A program made the translations under genes and the position numbers. Of a stretch of 64,000 nucleotides of DNA, positions 24,844-37,814 are shown piece by piece. Positions within the stretch are counted from its first letter, which is position 1. The number at the start of each line of letters is the position of its first letter. The stretch comes from Curvularia clavata (Eukaryota). Where the stretch lies: positions 1,054,001-1,118,000 of the forward strand of contig CP089281.1 of NCBI GenBank assembly GCA_023920165.1. The letters run 5' to 3'. The notes under the pieces were generated by a model. The model saw nothing but the letters and a program-made list of their open reading frames with translations, was not told the origin of the DNA and did no database searches.

Positions 24844-27800
24844 ATGACTTCTCGACCTGGCCCGGGGATTCACGAATCTCTTCAGAATCGTGGTAGCGGC
24901 CTGCCTCCTCGGTCCCAGGTGCACCGCCGGCCGACCAAGCCCATCTCGACGCTTGTTCAGCCCGACTGCATCGATCCAGCCCTTGAAGACGACCGCCCGC
25001 CCACACACAATGCTGCAAATGACCAGGCGCGCCCTCCGCCTCGAGGACGCCCGCCCCTCTTCTACACGGCCATCCCCAACTATGCCCTCGACCTGCCTGT
25101 CCACACCTTCCCATATCAGCCGACCGCCAACCTACCTCTTCCCCCACGCCCTGGCTCAATACAACTAAGAGATGCCTCCCAGCAGCGTCGCATATGGCCC
25201 GGCGGCTCGGGTGTCAAAGACGCTCCCAAGCCCGGAGCACCTGAGGTCGTCGTGCCGCCTGTTCATTTTCCCGGTGGCAAGGCTGCTGATGTGTTTCCGT
25301 GGACTGGTAATAATGCCGAGGACAACCTATCCGAGGCGCTTGTCAAAGTAGGCGTCAGTAACAAGCCGCAGATTATGAACGAGTCCAATACCGCTCGACC
25401 CTCGCTGATAAACAATCTCAAAAACAAATCTGGGCTCAGCACCCTGTCAACACTGTTTGTAGCCGTCTTGGAGAAGAGGCAACATACCGGCCGCCTACAA
25501 GCACCCAATACCTTCAAGCCGCCCCCGCGACTGACACTGAGGGATTCTACGCGTGAACAGTGGCTGCATGATTTGGCAAACCCTACCACAGGTCTCCGCC
25601 GCCTTAGCCGCACCATACCCCATGGCCTCACTGGCAAGGTGCTGCTGGAACAATGCCTCAACAAGAACATACCTCTTCCGCGAGCCTTGTGGCTGGCAAA
25701 GTGCGTGGGCATCAACGAGCTGCGCGCTCACAAAAGAAAGGGACAGGCTGGCACAGTGACATGGGGAAGAGGCTGGACAAGTTCTGTGGAGCAGTTTGTG
25801 GACAGTGTTATTGGCGGCATAGGGCAAGGTGATTGGAAACCCCGCATCACCTATGCCCTTCAGTTGGCTACTCACCTCTACAAAGAACACCTCCTGGACG
25901 ACGACCACTTCCTCGACTGGATAGTCAATGGCTTGGATACATGCGCCTCAGAGCGTCTATTTATCTGGCTACTAGTGGTTTCCATCTCCCACTATTGGGC
26001 CGATGTTACGTGCTGTCGCCGCCGCGGCAAGCGTTTGGCCGAGTCGCTGCTCAACCAGCTTGACAAAATATATCGACTCGAGGAACTCGGTCCATACATG
26101 GCCGTCTTGCAGTATCTGGAAAATACTGTCGTCAGGCTACTGGCAACACGGCCAGCCTGTCTACTACTTCCAGTATCGTGGCAACGGTACGGCCCACTGC
26201 TCCATAAGCTTGCAGAGAGGCGGAACCACACACACGTTACCCAAGCGATTCGAAGGCTCGATGAAAGAAACTACAGGCTTCTAAAGCCACCCCAGAAAGC
26301 AGCCTCTGCTTCACAAACACCAGCCGGCCGAGTCTACCACATCCTGGACTCTGTCGACTACAATAAACCAATCCGCATCGAAGAACTGTCATACGACTGC
26401 ATGGAGATTATTGCAGACGCGCCACGTTTGATTAGTGTTCTCCTCCGCTGGACTTGCACATACTACCGAGAAGGCGTACATCGAGTATATCTGGCTACTC
26501 GATTACTTCGTAGATGGAATCATGTCGGCGCAGATGTGTACGACGCAATCATCGCGTATTTTCGCGAAATGACCTGGGTTACCACTGGCGATCCAACCCT
26601 TCTTTTCAAGGTTGTTGCGGAATTAGTTCGTTCCAAAACATTCGCACTTGGGCGTTACCTGCAGTGGCTTATCGCAACCGGATCTGTCGGCCTTGGTGCA
26701 GATTTGTCTTTGGTAGGTTGTTTCATAAAACTCATTGAATTATGCTAATTCGTCACCAGCCAACCTCCTGGCCTCTGCGTCTCGTCACCGAGATACCCCT
26801 TACTGGCCTGCCCGATCAAATCCGTACCCTACGAAGCACTCTTCTTCGTGGAACAGCACACTCCGCCGAATCAGAGCAGAGAGCTCTAGCCTACGCCAAG
26901 CACATGATATCCCAGACTTTGCCTGCTTTGTTTGGGCTCTACAGCTCTACCGCACGCGTGGAGCAGGTTGAGTTAGACAAACTTAGTCCGACTATGAAGT
27001 TCGAGCTGGGTATCTGGTTACGCCGACAAGTTGCTCAATATGCAGAAGTCAATCAGCAGTAAGGCCTTTTACTAACGCGGGCGGTAGTTTGCTAACTTTC
27101 TACAGCGTACCTACCAAGGACTCGTCCGGTGAAGAGACTGCTGCAGTGTCCTTGTTGACGGCGTTGGAGTTCCATATCGTAAGATCCTATCTTGAACGTT
27201 TCGGAGATCTTGCTATACTCGCGGACATTGTTGGCGTGGCAACTTCATCCTTGGACTCGAGTGTTCTCGCTTCCACTGCCGACACGATTAACTATCACGC
27301 CAAAGCCTTTCGTGCCATAGGTGCCTTTGATCCTTTGTTTGCCAGAGTCGCAGCGAGATATGCTGCATTACGAACGATGCGATTCCCCGATCGCGAGCTA
27401 CTGCTCAGCCTTGCCAGTCTAGCCCGCACCGCGCAAACCGATGGCCAGCTCCCACAGTTTCTCAATTATGACTTGAGCCAACTGACTCAGCGTAACTCGC
27501 TTGTTGCCTGCTCGCCCGCTTCTGATAACATGGGTGAAGTCATGCAGACAGGGTCTTCCTCTGACGACGAAATCGAACGTATCCTGTCCAGTGGTACCAG
27601 TATGGACCAACAAATGATGGGCCGAGTCCTCCGCAAGATCGTGAGCAATTTGGAGGAACATTCTGGCAAGGGTTCTGTGCATCTGAGCAGCCATCACGGC
27701 TGGTTCCATCGACTCCGCTGTTTCGATGAGCCAACGTTTGACATGGTTGTGAATGAATGGCTGCTCTCAAGCCTAGTGACTCAGAGAACCGATAGCTTGC

Positions 27801-29608
27801 GAGTAGCTCTACCCACTCTTGCTGGCTCTGGATGTGTTGCTCTGACTTCTTTTTTGGAAACTTTGCGAGCTTGCGTTGCGAGATTCAAGAGCAGTCCGTC
27901 CGAGGGTAGCTTCCAGAGCGCCCTGAGGGGTATGCATATTATCCTCCCGTCCGATGCACTAGCCCAGACTTGTTCACCTCAGGATGCATACCGATATCGC
28001 CTCGAGCAGCGAAAGCTGTGCTTAGAAACTGAAAGGCATTTCATGCAATGCATGGGCGAGCTGATTGGACTCGGTTCAATGATTTCCTCGCAGAGGATCC
28101 AGACACAGCTCGCAAGCTTGCTCCACAGTAGGCCGGTTCTGTCAATCTTGAACACTCACATTGTTACTGATCCAGGATGCCTGAGCAAGCTGATTAAAGA
28201 TGCCCCAGGCGATTGCTTGAACCAGTCGCTAAATGCCCTTCTTGATCCGAATGACCATTTACAGCTATCGCGAAAGACCCCTGAACAGCAGGTAGTCGCC
28301 GTCTTTGCACTTGCTAGCGAGTTGTCATTGCCTATCTGTCAAGCAGCGATTGAGCGAATCTTTGCCTCTCGGACAAGCGCATCTGAAGGCTCCAGTGAGA
28401 CGCTATCTGCTACGCTACTCAATGCCATTAAAACAGCAGTGGAAGAAGAACAGCCGTCTGGATTAGAGCTTCTTGCGAGCTTGGATGCTTCACTAACAGG
28501 CCAGATACGACAAAACGCAGAACGCGAGATTATCAACGCCTCGGCTTTCCTGGCTGCGTCGACCACCAAAGGGGAAGATTTGGAAATAGTTTCGCCCAAA
28601 ACAGTCCAGAAGTTCCTCGCCGTCATCGATCTGACCCCGGACAAGAGCGTGGAGGCTACAGAGCAATCTGTCATGCTTCAGGCTTTGATTGAGAGGTTCA
28701 AAGGCATGACTCAAGCGCTTGACGACAACAAGATTTCGGTCTTGGATGTCTACGCTTGGTTGTCCGCTTTGCTCCGCTTGACAGTGTCACACGCTTCTAC
28801 TATGCTGAGCAATGCTACCCATCCGTATCAAACCGCGATGATGAGTGCTATGGCAGCCCTGCTCACTCACCCGTCCTTGGAACTATACCCAACAATCACC
28901 GAGCACGTGTTCGACGTCACCGTGTTCCTCTCCGATTACATCTCGGATGATGTTCGGTTCCATGTCACTCGCCTGGACGGCGCCCGACTTGCTAGCGACT
29001 CACGTTGCGTCTTTATTCTGGGGGTAACAGCGCCTGTTGACGGTTGGCTTGTGCTGGCCAGACCCGTCAACGCTCCTCCAACTCAAAGCTCATCGCAGCC
29101 GCCTACCCCAACACCAGTGCAAGCGCAACCATCACCATACCCAAACTCACAAGCATCGACCACAGGATCTGGGACACCCCAACAACGTTACGCAAGCCAG
29201 CAACAGCAGCGACAGCAGCAGATGCAAGCCACTCAGCAAGCGCAACAAATGCGCAACATGCAACAATACACACAGCATCCCCAAAACAAGATGCTCCCTG
29301 CCCAACTCCAACGAACACCCGCAGGCCAGCCCGCCCCAACACAACTCTCACAGATGCAACAGATGCAGCAGATGCAACAGCGTGCCATGCAGCCCTCACC
29401 CGTCTACTCACAACGTCCGACTCCTGCAGCGAGTCAGAGCCAGGCGGCTGCGCAGGCGCCGAGCAAACTGCAGTTGAAGCAAGAGAGGGAGATCCGACAC
29501 TATCCCTTTGTCCAACCAAGATGGGAGATTCTGGCCGAGAGTTCCGGAAACCCAACCGGAAACGAGACTGCAATCAACTTGAGCCTCTTCGGAGCACGCA
29601 GGGTATAA
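24844..29608 (+). CDS. SRB8: Mediator kinase-module subunit 12; introns 26713-26759 and 27059-27105
   Basis: Med12 N-terminal motif FKPPPRLTL..REQWLHDLANP..LRRLSRTIPHG..PLPRALWLAKCVG. About 1550 aa with a Q-rich C-terminus. Confidence 0.93.
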
Positions 29609-30398
29609 ACACAATCGTCGACTTGACGCACTCCTCACCCCATTCCACCCCCATAGCTTACTGGAGGGAAGGGGTTCTGGCCACCTTCGCTTCATGTATG
29701 TTGTTTTCCCATACCCTCGTTCTCTCATTTGTTGCCAACAGATGTTATTCTTCTGGGTCTGTTCTCTTCCCTCTCTCTCACACAAAGCATGAAGCATGGC
29801 GTTATCCCGGGTTAATTGCTATGATCTACTTTACGACAATCATCGCATTACACCGGAGTTTGTTTGTTTGTATTTTTCTGGCGTCTTTTTTTATCGTTAC
29901 CATATGGGCGAGAGAGATGATGCGCGCTAGTTCGTTCATCTTTTTGCATGTCGCACCTCTTTTTTTTTTGTGGTCGCTGGGTCTGATATTAGGTATTGGT
30001 ATGTTTTGGGCATCTTTTTTAAATACTTGGCAAAGCTCTGCTGCGATAAGAGAAAATATATACGAGCTTTTTAGGGCGTTGAACATATGATGGATTTTGC
30101 GTGTCTAACTCAGTTTTTGGTACGTATACTGTTCTTAAGCCATAGGTAGCATTGCTAGTGTAGATTGGGAACAAGAGGAATGAGACATGGAAATTTATAT
30201 TGTTTAAGTTATGCTGTTGTGTTTTCCTCCACGAGTTCGATGCTGTGATGAGGGCTGCTCGAGCTGTTGCATTTGCCCCATGATAAAAGCTACTGATGCC
30301 GTGTTCCGTTTTATCCTTCGTGAGATCGTACCGTAATCTCGAGGCATGGTATTTGCCACACACGAAACTTTTCCCTAGCGAGTTTTCGTACTGTCCCA

Positions 30399-31739
30399 TT
30401 ACTCCTTCAAGCAGTTCGCGACATCTCCAACAGTGCAGAAATTATCAAACATTTCACCCAACACGAAGACCTCTTTCATGCCAACTCTTCCCTTTTCTTG
30501 GGACTCCTCTCCACCCCTCGTCTCAATTACAGTCCACATATCAAACACCCTACTCGTGTCGTTATCATCCAAATCCTCCTCGGGACCCTCGTTCACCACC
30601 CCATGAGGCTCATAAGAATCAATGGCCAAACACATTGCCACCGCCTCATCGACCAAGTTCATGTCCGGATGTATGGCTTGCATTTCCTCGTCGGCGTACC
30701 GGTCTGTCGGATGCCGTACAATAGGGGGCGTACCATTGCCAAGCGTGTACGTGATTCTGCGGGGCGAAGGCTCATCCTTTGACTCCAGGACAGGCGACAT
30801 GAAGCTGTGTGTCGGGGCATTGGGTCTAGGAAACACGGCAGAGTACCGGTCAAAGATGTGGTGGTGTTCGACAATGTTTTCCTCGTCGATAGAGCGGTAG
30901 TGCGCATCGTAAAGTTCGCGGTCGCGTTGAGTATGTACGAACAAGACGCCGATGGCGCCGAGTGGGAGGTAGTGTTTTGAAATTATCTCTTCGCCTTCGG
31001 CGAGTTTGGCTTTGCCGGTTTCAAGTGGAGGGCGCGGCTCGGGAGGTATGACGCCGGGTCCGCCGTTGAAGAGAAATTGTGCCCAAGGCTTGACGCCGCT
31101 GATCCACGGCCCCATCTGGTATACTATTTGTAGGGGAGAGAGTTGCTCGCCCATGGGATCGTACAGCTCGACGTCCTGAGTGTCATGAGAGCCGACTGTT
31201 CCCCGGAGACCCCAGGTGACTTGTTGGATGAGCTCGAGTATGTCCTTGAAGGTGCTGAGAAAGGCGTCCATCTTGTCCGAAGCGTGTTTGAAGATGTGGC
31301 GGACATCGTGCATCCAGTGATTTTTCTGATTACCACCCTCCTCTAGTATCTTGTCCAACTCGCGATAGCCGTACCAGTGTGCGCTCTCCTGCCACAGATC
31401 GACCATGTGAAACCACACTGCATGCATGGCTTCCGTGTCTTTGGCGAAGAAATCGGCGAAGTAGTCAAGAAACAGCTTTGCAGCGTCCCAGAATTTGGGT
31501 GCAAAGGTTGACACACATGATTCACAGGGCCAGGCGACCAACAAGGAGTGCTTAAAGGAGGGGTGGGTGCAGCGAGGGTACGTGAGAAGGGACTTGATGT
31601 GCTTGTAGGTGGTGGAAAGGTGGATGATGTTCTCATGCTGCCAACGGGGATTCCCGAAGGATTGATAACTTACCGATATTTCTGGAGCGCTGTTGCAGTC
31701 CGAGATGATAACCATTGGAAGTGGCGGCGTTTGGGCCAT
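30399..31739 (-). CDS. Uncharacterised protein (~446 aa, single exon)
   Basis: Long uninterrupted ORF with coding-like codon usage and ATG at 31739 (MAQTPP). No family recognised. Confidence 0.65.
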   Translation of the reverse strand: MAQTPPLPMVIISDCNSAPEISVSYQSFGNPRWQHENIIHLSTTYKHIKSLLTYPRCTHPSFKHSLLVAWPCESCVSTFAPKFWDAAKLFLDYFADFFAKDTEAMHAVWFHMVDLWQESAHWYGYRELDKILEEGGNQKNHWMHDVRHIFKHASDKMDAFLSTFKDILELIQQVTWGLRGTVGSHDTQDVELYDPMGEQLSPLQIVYQMGPWISGVKPWAQFLFNGGPGVIPPEPRPPLETGKAKLAEGEEIISKHYLPLGAIGVLFVHTQRDRELYDAHYRSIDEENIVEHHHIFDRYSAVFPRPNAPTHSFMSPVLESKDEPSPRRITYTLGNGTPPIVRHPTDRYADEEMQAIHPDMNLVDEAVAMCLAIDSYEPHGVVNEGPEEDLDDNDTSRVFDMWTVIETRGGEESQEKGRVGMKEVFVLGEMFDNFCTVGDVANCLKE

Positions 31740-31982
31740 GGCGGCTATACGGGTTAGCACACTCAGGTGTGAGCCGTGGTTGGGGAGAAGTAATGTTTGA
31801 AAGGTGGTGGTAAGAGGTGGGAGGTTGGTGCCAAGACTGCAGCCTTACTATTGTTGCTATGGTGAAGGTGGGTTGCAAACGGACTCATGACTGTGCCCGC
31901 AAAACAAGAGTCCCATTAGTCAGACGCCGGTGCTAGCTTACAATACTTTCGCTTCGCCTCTAACTATTATTCATGTTTCCGC

Positions 31983-33541
31983 CTACCATTTAGACATGCG
32001 GCTCAGCGTGCTCATCCTTCCATGTTGCATGTTGCTCAACAGCGCTTCTTCGAGAGCCGACTGACTAATTCCGGCGTCTGTGCAATGTGAGATAACGTCA
32101 TTGTATCTGGGATTTGAAACTCACCATCAATATCACTGAAACTGCTTCCCATACTAGGAGTGCCTTCGCTGCCTTCTTTTCTGGATCGCGGCCCAGTACG
32201 CCGCGGGCTCCCTAGCCGACCCAACGCTGCACGGTGATCAAAGTTTGGGCTCATAGGACTCTTTGCTACTGATGGAGGTCCTCCTGAGCTAGTCATTGAG
32301 GATGCTGTCTCTGTGGTAAGAGACTGTACGTCGATTGACTTTTGTCTCGATGGAGGATCATTCCTGGATCGATGAGGCTGTGGAATCTGTTTCTGCGGCT
32401 TCGTGTCAGCATGAGACTGTGCATCTCGCGTAAATTTACTACTGCTTGGTTGTGTTCTTGCAGCAGACGCAAAGGGCAGACTCGTCTCATGCGAACCAGA
32501 ATCATCAAATTCTTGCGTGCCATCTCCCTCCTCAAACGTGGAGAGGTCTCGCGGACGCTTCTGCTGAAAACGTGGAGGCCGCTTGAACAATTGACTGCGG
32601 TGGACTGGATGGCCAGTATCCGACAAAGAGGACGAGCTGGAAGATGACGAGTCGGGAATCTCGGGCGAAGCGTCCTCATCGTTCCGATAGCTTGGTTGAT
32701 TTGAAGCTTGAGCTCGTTCCTCAGACTTGCGGCTTGTCAAGTTGGGACGTTGGGTAGACCTAGTTGACAGTGTCCGACCAGGCGTCTGAGCATGTGCTCG
32801 AGACTGCGTGATCGTGGTCGTAGACGGCGTTCTCGAAAGGGAAGGAGCTATAGATTATGAGATCATGCATGTCTAGAGCTTTGCGGTAGCTCATGTCTAA
32901 GATACTTACCAGGTGTTACAACCTCTCCTCCACGAAAGCTTGGGCTTTCTTTGGGACGACCAGCCAGGGCAGATGTTGTTCTTCCAGCTATTCATGGTTA
33001 GTGGTGAAAACTGTGTCTTAGTTGATACGCACCTCCAGATCCGGCGCTGCCACCTCTTCGCATCGCAACACCACCCACAGCAGTCATGGTGCTGCCGCCG
33101 GTCGGTGATGGCGATGGATTCGCATTCGTGATGCTAACCTTCTTCATCTGGTTTCGGACATGATCAAGATGCCGTTCGTATAACCATGCTGCCTGCTGCA
33201 GAAGGAAGGTCGGCGGGACCTGGAATTTGTCCGCTCTAAAATGAAATAAGCAAGGCTGGCTTCCTATGCAAGGTGCGCATGCTCACAATTCGACCCCTGT
33301 ATCATGTCAGTAGCTGGTCAAGGAAGCATTCCATAGCTTTCTTACAGTTCAAATCACTAGTCTTTGACGATTTGGATATAACTTTCCAGAGTTGCCGGTC
33401 CTTCTCAGCATCCCATTGAGCCTAGTCGATGGTCAGATGATACCTCAAAAGGCAGACAGGGACTCTTACTTGCGGCGGATCTTCAAAGTCACCCCGAATA
33501 AACGGGAGACGTATGAGTGCCGTGAACTGAACTGAAGACAT
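31983..33541 (-). CDS. ATG29: Autophagy protein Atg29-like (multi-exon, small 5' exons)
   Basis: Spliced N-terminus MSSVQFTALIRLPFIRGDFEDPPQ|AQWDAEKDRQLWKVIS..VPPTFLLQQAAWLYERHL. C-terminus SMGSSFSDI|DAGISQSALEEALLSNM. The exact 3' end is uncertain. Confidence 0.85.
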
Positions 33542-33964
33542 TTGGAGATGATTATTTGTGCTTGTAAGGATGTAGATGGATGGAGGGAAGGGGAGTGAGG
33601 TGTAGTTACGGGGCTAGGCTGTCAAATCAAGTTTAGTGTGACTGAGTGTACGCGCCATGACTGACTGGGTTGAGGCGGCTTAGAGTGAGGGAGTAAGAGC
33701 AATCGATGAAAAGCACCTCAAGTCGATTTTTGTTAATTCAGGCAAGTACATCTGTCTCGCTGTTCTCTTGTGAAAGTTGCACTACTTTTCCTGGAAACTT
33801 GTAGGCCGGTGCAGCTCTGGTAGCTAGGCAACTTCCGCAAGACGCCACACGCATGCGCCACAGACGCCCCGCCAATTGCTCATGCAGGGCATAAAATACT
33901 CGACATGCACAAGCATCCTTACCAGTCATCCCAGCAACAATTAAACACCCCAACAACAGCCAAG

Positions 33965-34923
33965 ATGTCTACCAAAACCGTCACAAATATCGACATTCAA
34001 GGCAAGCTGCCAAAAGTCGCATCGGGAAAAGTGCGTGATCTGTATGCGATTGACAATGATACTCTGCTCTTTGTCGCTAGCGACCGTATATCAGCATATG
34101 ACGTGATTATGGAAAACGTGAGTATTCCCTACTATTCTATTTTCCGATCAATCATCTTAATGATCACCAGGGCATACCAGGCAAGGGCGCTCTTCTGACA
34201 GCAATGTCCATCTACTGGTTCAACTACCTGCCTACCAAGGTGCCAGGCCTGAAAACGCACTTCATCAGCAACGAGCTCCCCGCAGCTATTGCAGACCAGG
34301 CAGACCTCAAGGACCGCAGCATGCAAGTGCGTCGTCTGCAGATTCTGCCTATTGAGTCTATTGTTCGTGGGTACATTACCGGATCTGGATGGTCAGAGTA
34401 TACCAAGTCGGGAACTGTCAACGGTATCAAGATGCCAGAGGGCTTGATTGAAGGTCAGAAGTTGCCGCAGCCGCTCTGGACGCCGAGTACCAAGGCAGAG
34501 GTCGGCGGCAAGGATGAAAACATTAGTCCCGAGAAGGCGAGGGAGATGATTGGGGATGAAAAGATTGCAAGCAGGGTAGAGGAGCTTTCGCTGGCTATCT
34601 ACACAGCTGCTGCGTCGCGTGCGGAGGAAGTGGGAATTGTCCTTGCGGACACGAAGTTTGAGTTTGGTATTGATGAAAAGGGTGAGGTGGTGCTGGTTGA
34701 CGAAGTCCTGACGCCTGATAGCTCGAGGTTTTGGCCAAAGGACACTTGGGAGAAGAATCTGGGCAAGGCGCAGCCGAGCTTTGATAAGCAGTTTCTAAGA
34801 GACTGGCTGACAAGCAATGGGCTCAAGGGTAAGGAGGGCGTTGAAGTCCCGGCTGATGTGGTGGAGAGGACAGCAGCGAAGTATCGGGAGGCATATGAGA
34901 AGCTTACGGGCAAGACTGCATAG
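33965..34923 (+). CDS. ADE1: SAICAR synthetase; intron 34118-34170
   Basis: [63 protein letters not shown]. Confidence 0.97.
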
Positions 34924-35157
34924 GCAAGGCGGGGAACGTAGATGACGAGAGACGAAGCAAAAATCGCCACATATAGCTAGGGATCAAGAGATAGAGATTG
35001 CTAAGAATATGGCAAATATCGGACATGAATTCAGTTATATTACGTTATGGGTGGTTGCTACAAGTGTATATAGAAATCGTGGATATCGTTGCGTAAATGG
35101 CAGTCATTTCAAAACGGTCACCTCCAACCTCAACCCCTCCTCCTATAGGATCTGAGC

Positions 35158-36012
35158 CTATACAGAGTAGTCGCTCTTGACCCGGCGCTGAGAGTCAGTC
35201 TCCAAGAAACTTCCGCGGCTGCGGTTGGACTTTGTGGAACGGCTTCGGCGCATTCCCGAGTTGTCACTGCCCAGACGACCACCGAGGCAGAACATTACGG
35301 CAGCGAGGAAGAAGCAAGCTACGGCGGCCCATGTGAATCCCATGAGGTAACGACCGACACGAGCTTCGAAGCCGGCGGACCGGAACGCATCGCGACCCTT
35401 GACGACCCATGCACTGGTGTTTGTTAGCATGATTTGGATTGGCTGTAGCAGACATCAAACTTACGTCATGAGAGAAGCAGCGAGGATCTGGAAGAAGAGG
35501 GCGATGAAGGTCATGAGAGAAGAGAGATATCCTCCGAGGCGGCTGAAGAGAGCCAGGAGACCCGAGAGTAGAGCAACGGCGGCGAAGAAGAGAGCAATGA
35601 GGTAGAAGGCGAACATGAAGCGAGACAGGTAAAAGTACTGGCTCGTGCCAATGAAGGCATCGGGAATGTTCTGCTCAGTGCCAAAGTTCCTTGGAGGGTC
35701 AAAAGGAAGGGCCGGAACGGGAGAGCCGCAGTTGGCATTGCGTCCGTTGCTGGGGTTTTCACCGCAGATGGCGAAGAAGGTCCATCGCGAGGGATTACGG
35801 GCGTTGGGAATGCCGTTGGTGGAGGCTTGGAGGAAGTAGAACTTGTCAAGAGGGTACTTGTTGACGCCTCCAGTCAGGATAGTAAGAAACTGGAACAGAA
35901 GACCGCCAGCCACAAGAATCAGCGAGCTGATGGCAAGCAAGGGTCCTGTGTCACATGTCAGCACGTGGGTGGTAGCAGAAAAAGGAAGAGGAAACCTACT
36001 AGCTGGGCCCAT
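35158..36012 (-). CDS. SUR7/PalI family tetraspan membrane protein; introns 35946-35999 and 35414-35464
   Basis: Four hydrophobic helices. SRWTFFAIC..C..PALPFDPPRNFG and YFYLSRFMFAFY motifs. Confidence 0.88.
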
Positions 36013-36534
36013 GATGGAGAGATTATTCAATTAGGGTGCTGTCGCAGTGGAGAGGGGAAGACGAGCGATTCAAGGCCAGGGATTCACGGCGCCTGTACTG
36101 AAAGAGACGAATTGTGGGATGCGATCCAGCTGCGAGCCGAGCGTGCGATTAAAAAAGGCCTGGGGAGCTGGTTTATGAGGTCTGGCCAACCTATGACGTA
36201 GCCGTGGGAGAGTCGGCTCTCTGGCGTCGTCGCTAGCTTCATGACCTCACTAGGTTACAACACTATTAACACGCTTTGCATCATCCCGAGGCACTCAACA
36301 AGGAAAACAGCGTGGGCGGCTTGGATGGAAGCACACTTGCCGACAGCACTGCGTCTTCTGCCGTCGTGGCAGAGGTGTTAGGGTTTGTGTTTCTGAATGC
36401 ACGAAGGAGCTGGGAGGGTCCCTTGCGCGGATAGAAGCGAGATCGCTGCAACCAGTCTGTGCCCGCCCATCGCGCCCTGTCTGGCTGACCTCCACCAAGT
36501 CCTCGACGTCTGAGTGCCTTGCAACCTTATCGCC

Positions 36535-37555
36535 ATGTCCACCGCCGTATGGCCGCCCATTGACGAGGCCGCCCTCGTCCACGAGCAGGCGGCATCGCAA
36601 GCGCGTGAGCTTGAGTGGCTCCTGGTGCAGCTACACGGCACGTTGCAGTCGCTCAAGGCTGGCCTCGACGAATGCGCTGCCCTGCTTGCACCCTCTGAGA
36701 ATGGCTCCACGCTTGTCCTGACTTCGGTGCGCTCCGAGAGCCTTAAAGGGCTCATTACGCGCATTGGAACGCGCATCACCAAAGGCGTACGTTACAGCCT
36801 TGTGGCTGTCTCCACCCCATTGATACTGAGTGTCTGTAGAACATCAAGCTCCGTCTCCCAAGCCTCCCACCCCCCAAAGGCTCGTCGACCTGGGACCTCG
36901 TTCTCTCCTCTGCGCCGCATGCGCCTACTCTCGTCGTCCCTCAGCTTACCTCTGTGCGAACTGCCATCAACAGCTGCTTAGACGTCATCGACGTCGCAAC
37001 CTGGGGAGGCGATGCGACCAACGCCGAATTCGTCGCTGGCCAACTACAACTCCTACACGACCACATACTCGAGGCACAGGCCGCGCTCAAGGGCCACTCG
37101 CATGTGCAGCCATCGTGGTGGGAGAATCCCGTCGACGAGAATGTGAGTGGCACATCTACTCAGATCAGGAGCAATACTGACAGCGACAGACGTTTGATCC
37201 CGCACTGCCCGCAAATGTTTCTTTCCACTTATACGTCTTTGACGCTGCCCTAGTCCTCGAAATCCGCACCCTGGAGCCTCATCATGCTGGAGACAGCGGG
37301 TCGCTCACTGGCTTCAGCATCCGTAACACCTTTGCATCAGCCCTCGGCGCAACACGAGCACCTGTACACGACGAGGCCGACCGTACCTTTACGTATAAGA
37401 ACCGTGAGGTCCGCGTCAAGGAGAAGATTCGGGTAGAGAGCCAGGATCCAGCTTTGATCTCCGCCTCGGCCAAGCTCAATGCACTCGGCCACACTGTCAT
37501 GCTCAGCCGAAAGGCCCTCGACATTGTGATGGGCCGAGACGAGCAGATGGACTAA
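36535..37555 (+). CDS. RAV2: RAVE complex subunit 2 / Rogdi family protein; introns 36787-36839 and 37143-37189
   Basis: RELEWLL..L, STLVLTS..SESLKGLITRIGTRITKG, C-terminal KEKIRVESQDPALISASAKLNAL. Confidence 0.8.
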
Positions 37556-37814
37556 CTCCGCGCAAGTTTGTCTGTACCCAATTGCGCCATCGGCCATTGG
37601 ACGGCGTGCCACTCAGAATCCTCCTTTTTCCGCGGGGATGTCACTAGTGCGATCGCGCCATATCGGTTCGTCGCTATCGGAACATCAAATGCCTATGGCC
37701 ATTATCAATTCCGCCGCCGAGGAGTAATCACTTTCAGAATTATCTTTGCTCATAAAATAATACCCCTCCTTGAGAAATTGGGAGTTTGCATTCTTTTGCA
37801 CCATTCCAATCATC

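Noticed and set aside
29044..30090. 348-aa alternative-frame ORF overlapping the MED12 end
   Set aside because: Off-frame read of the CAG/CAA-rich region running into a T-rich 3' UTR, which explains the T/A-rich and hydrophobic composition. It has a non-ATG start.
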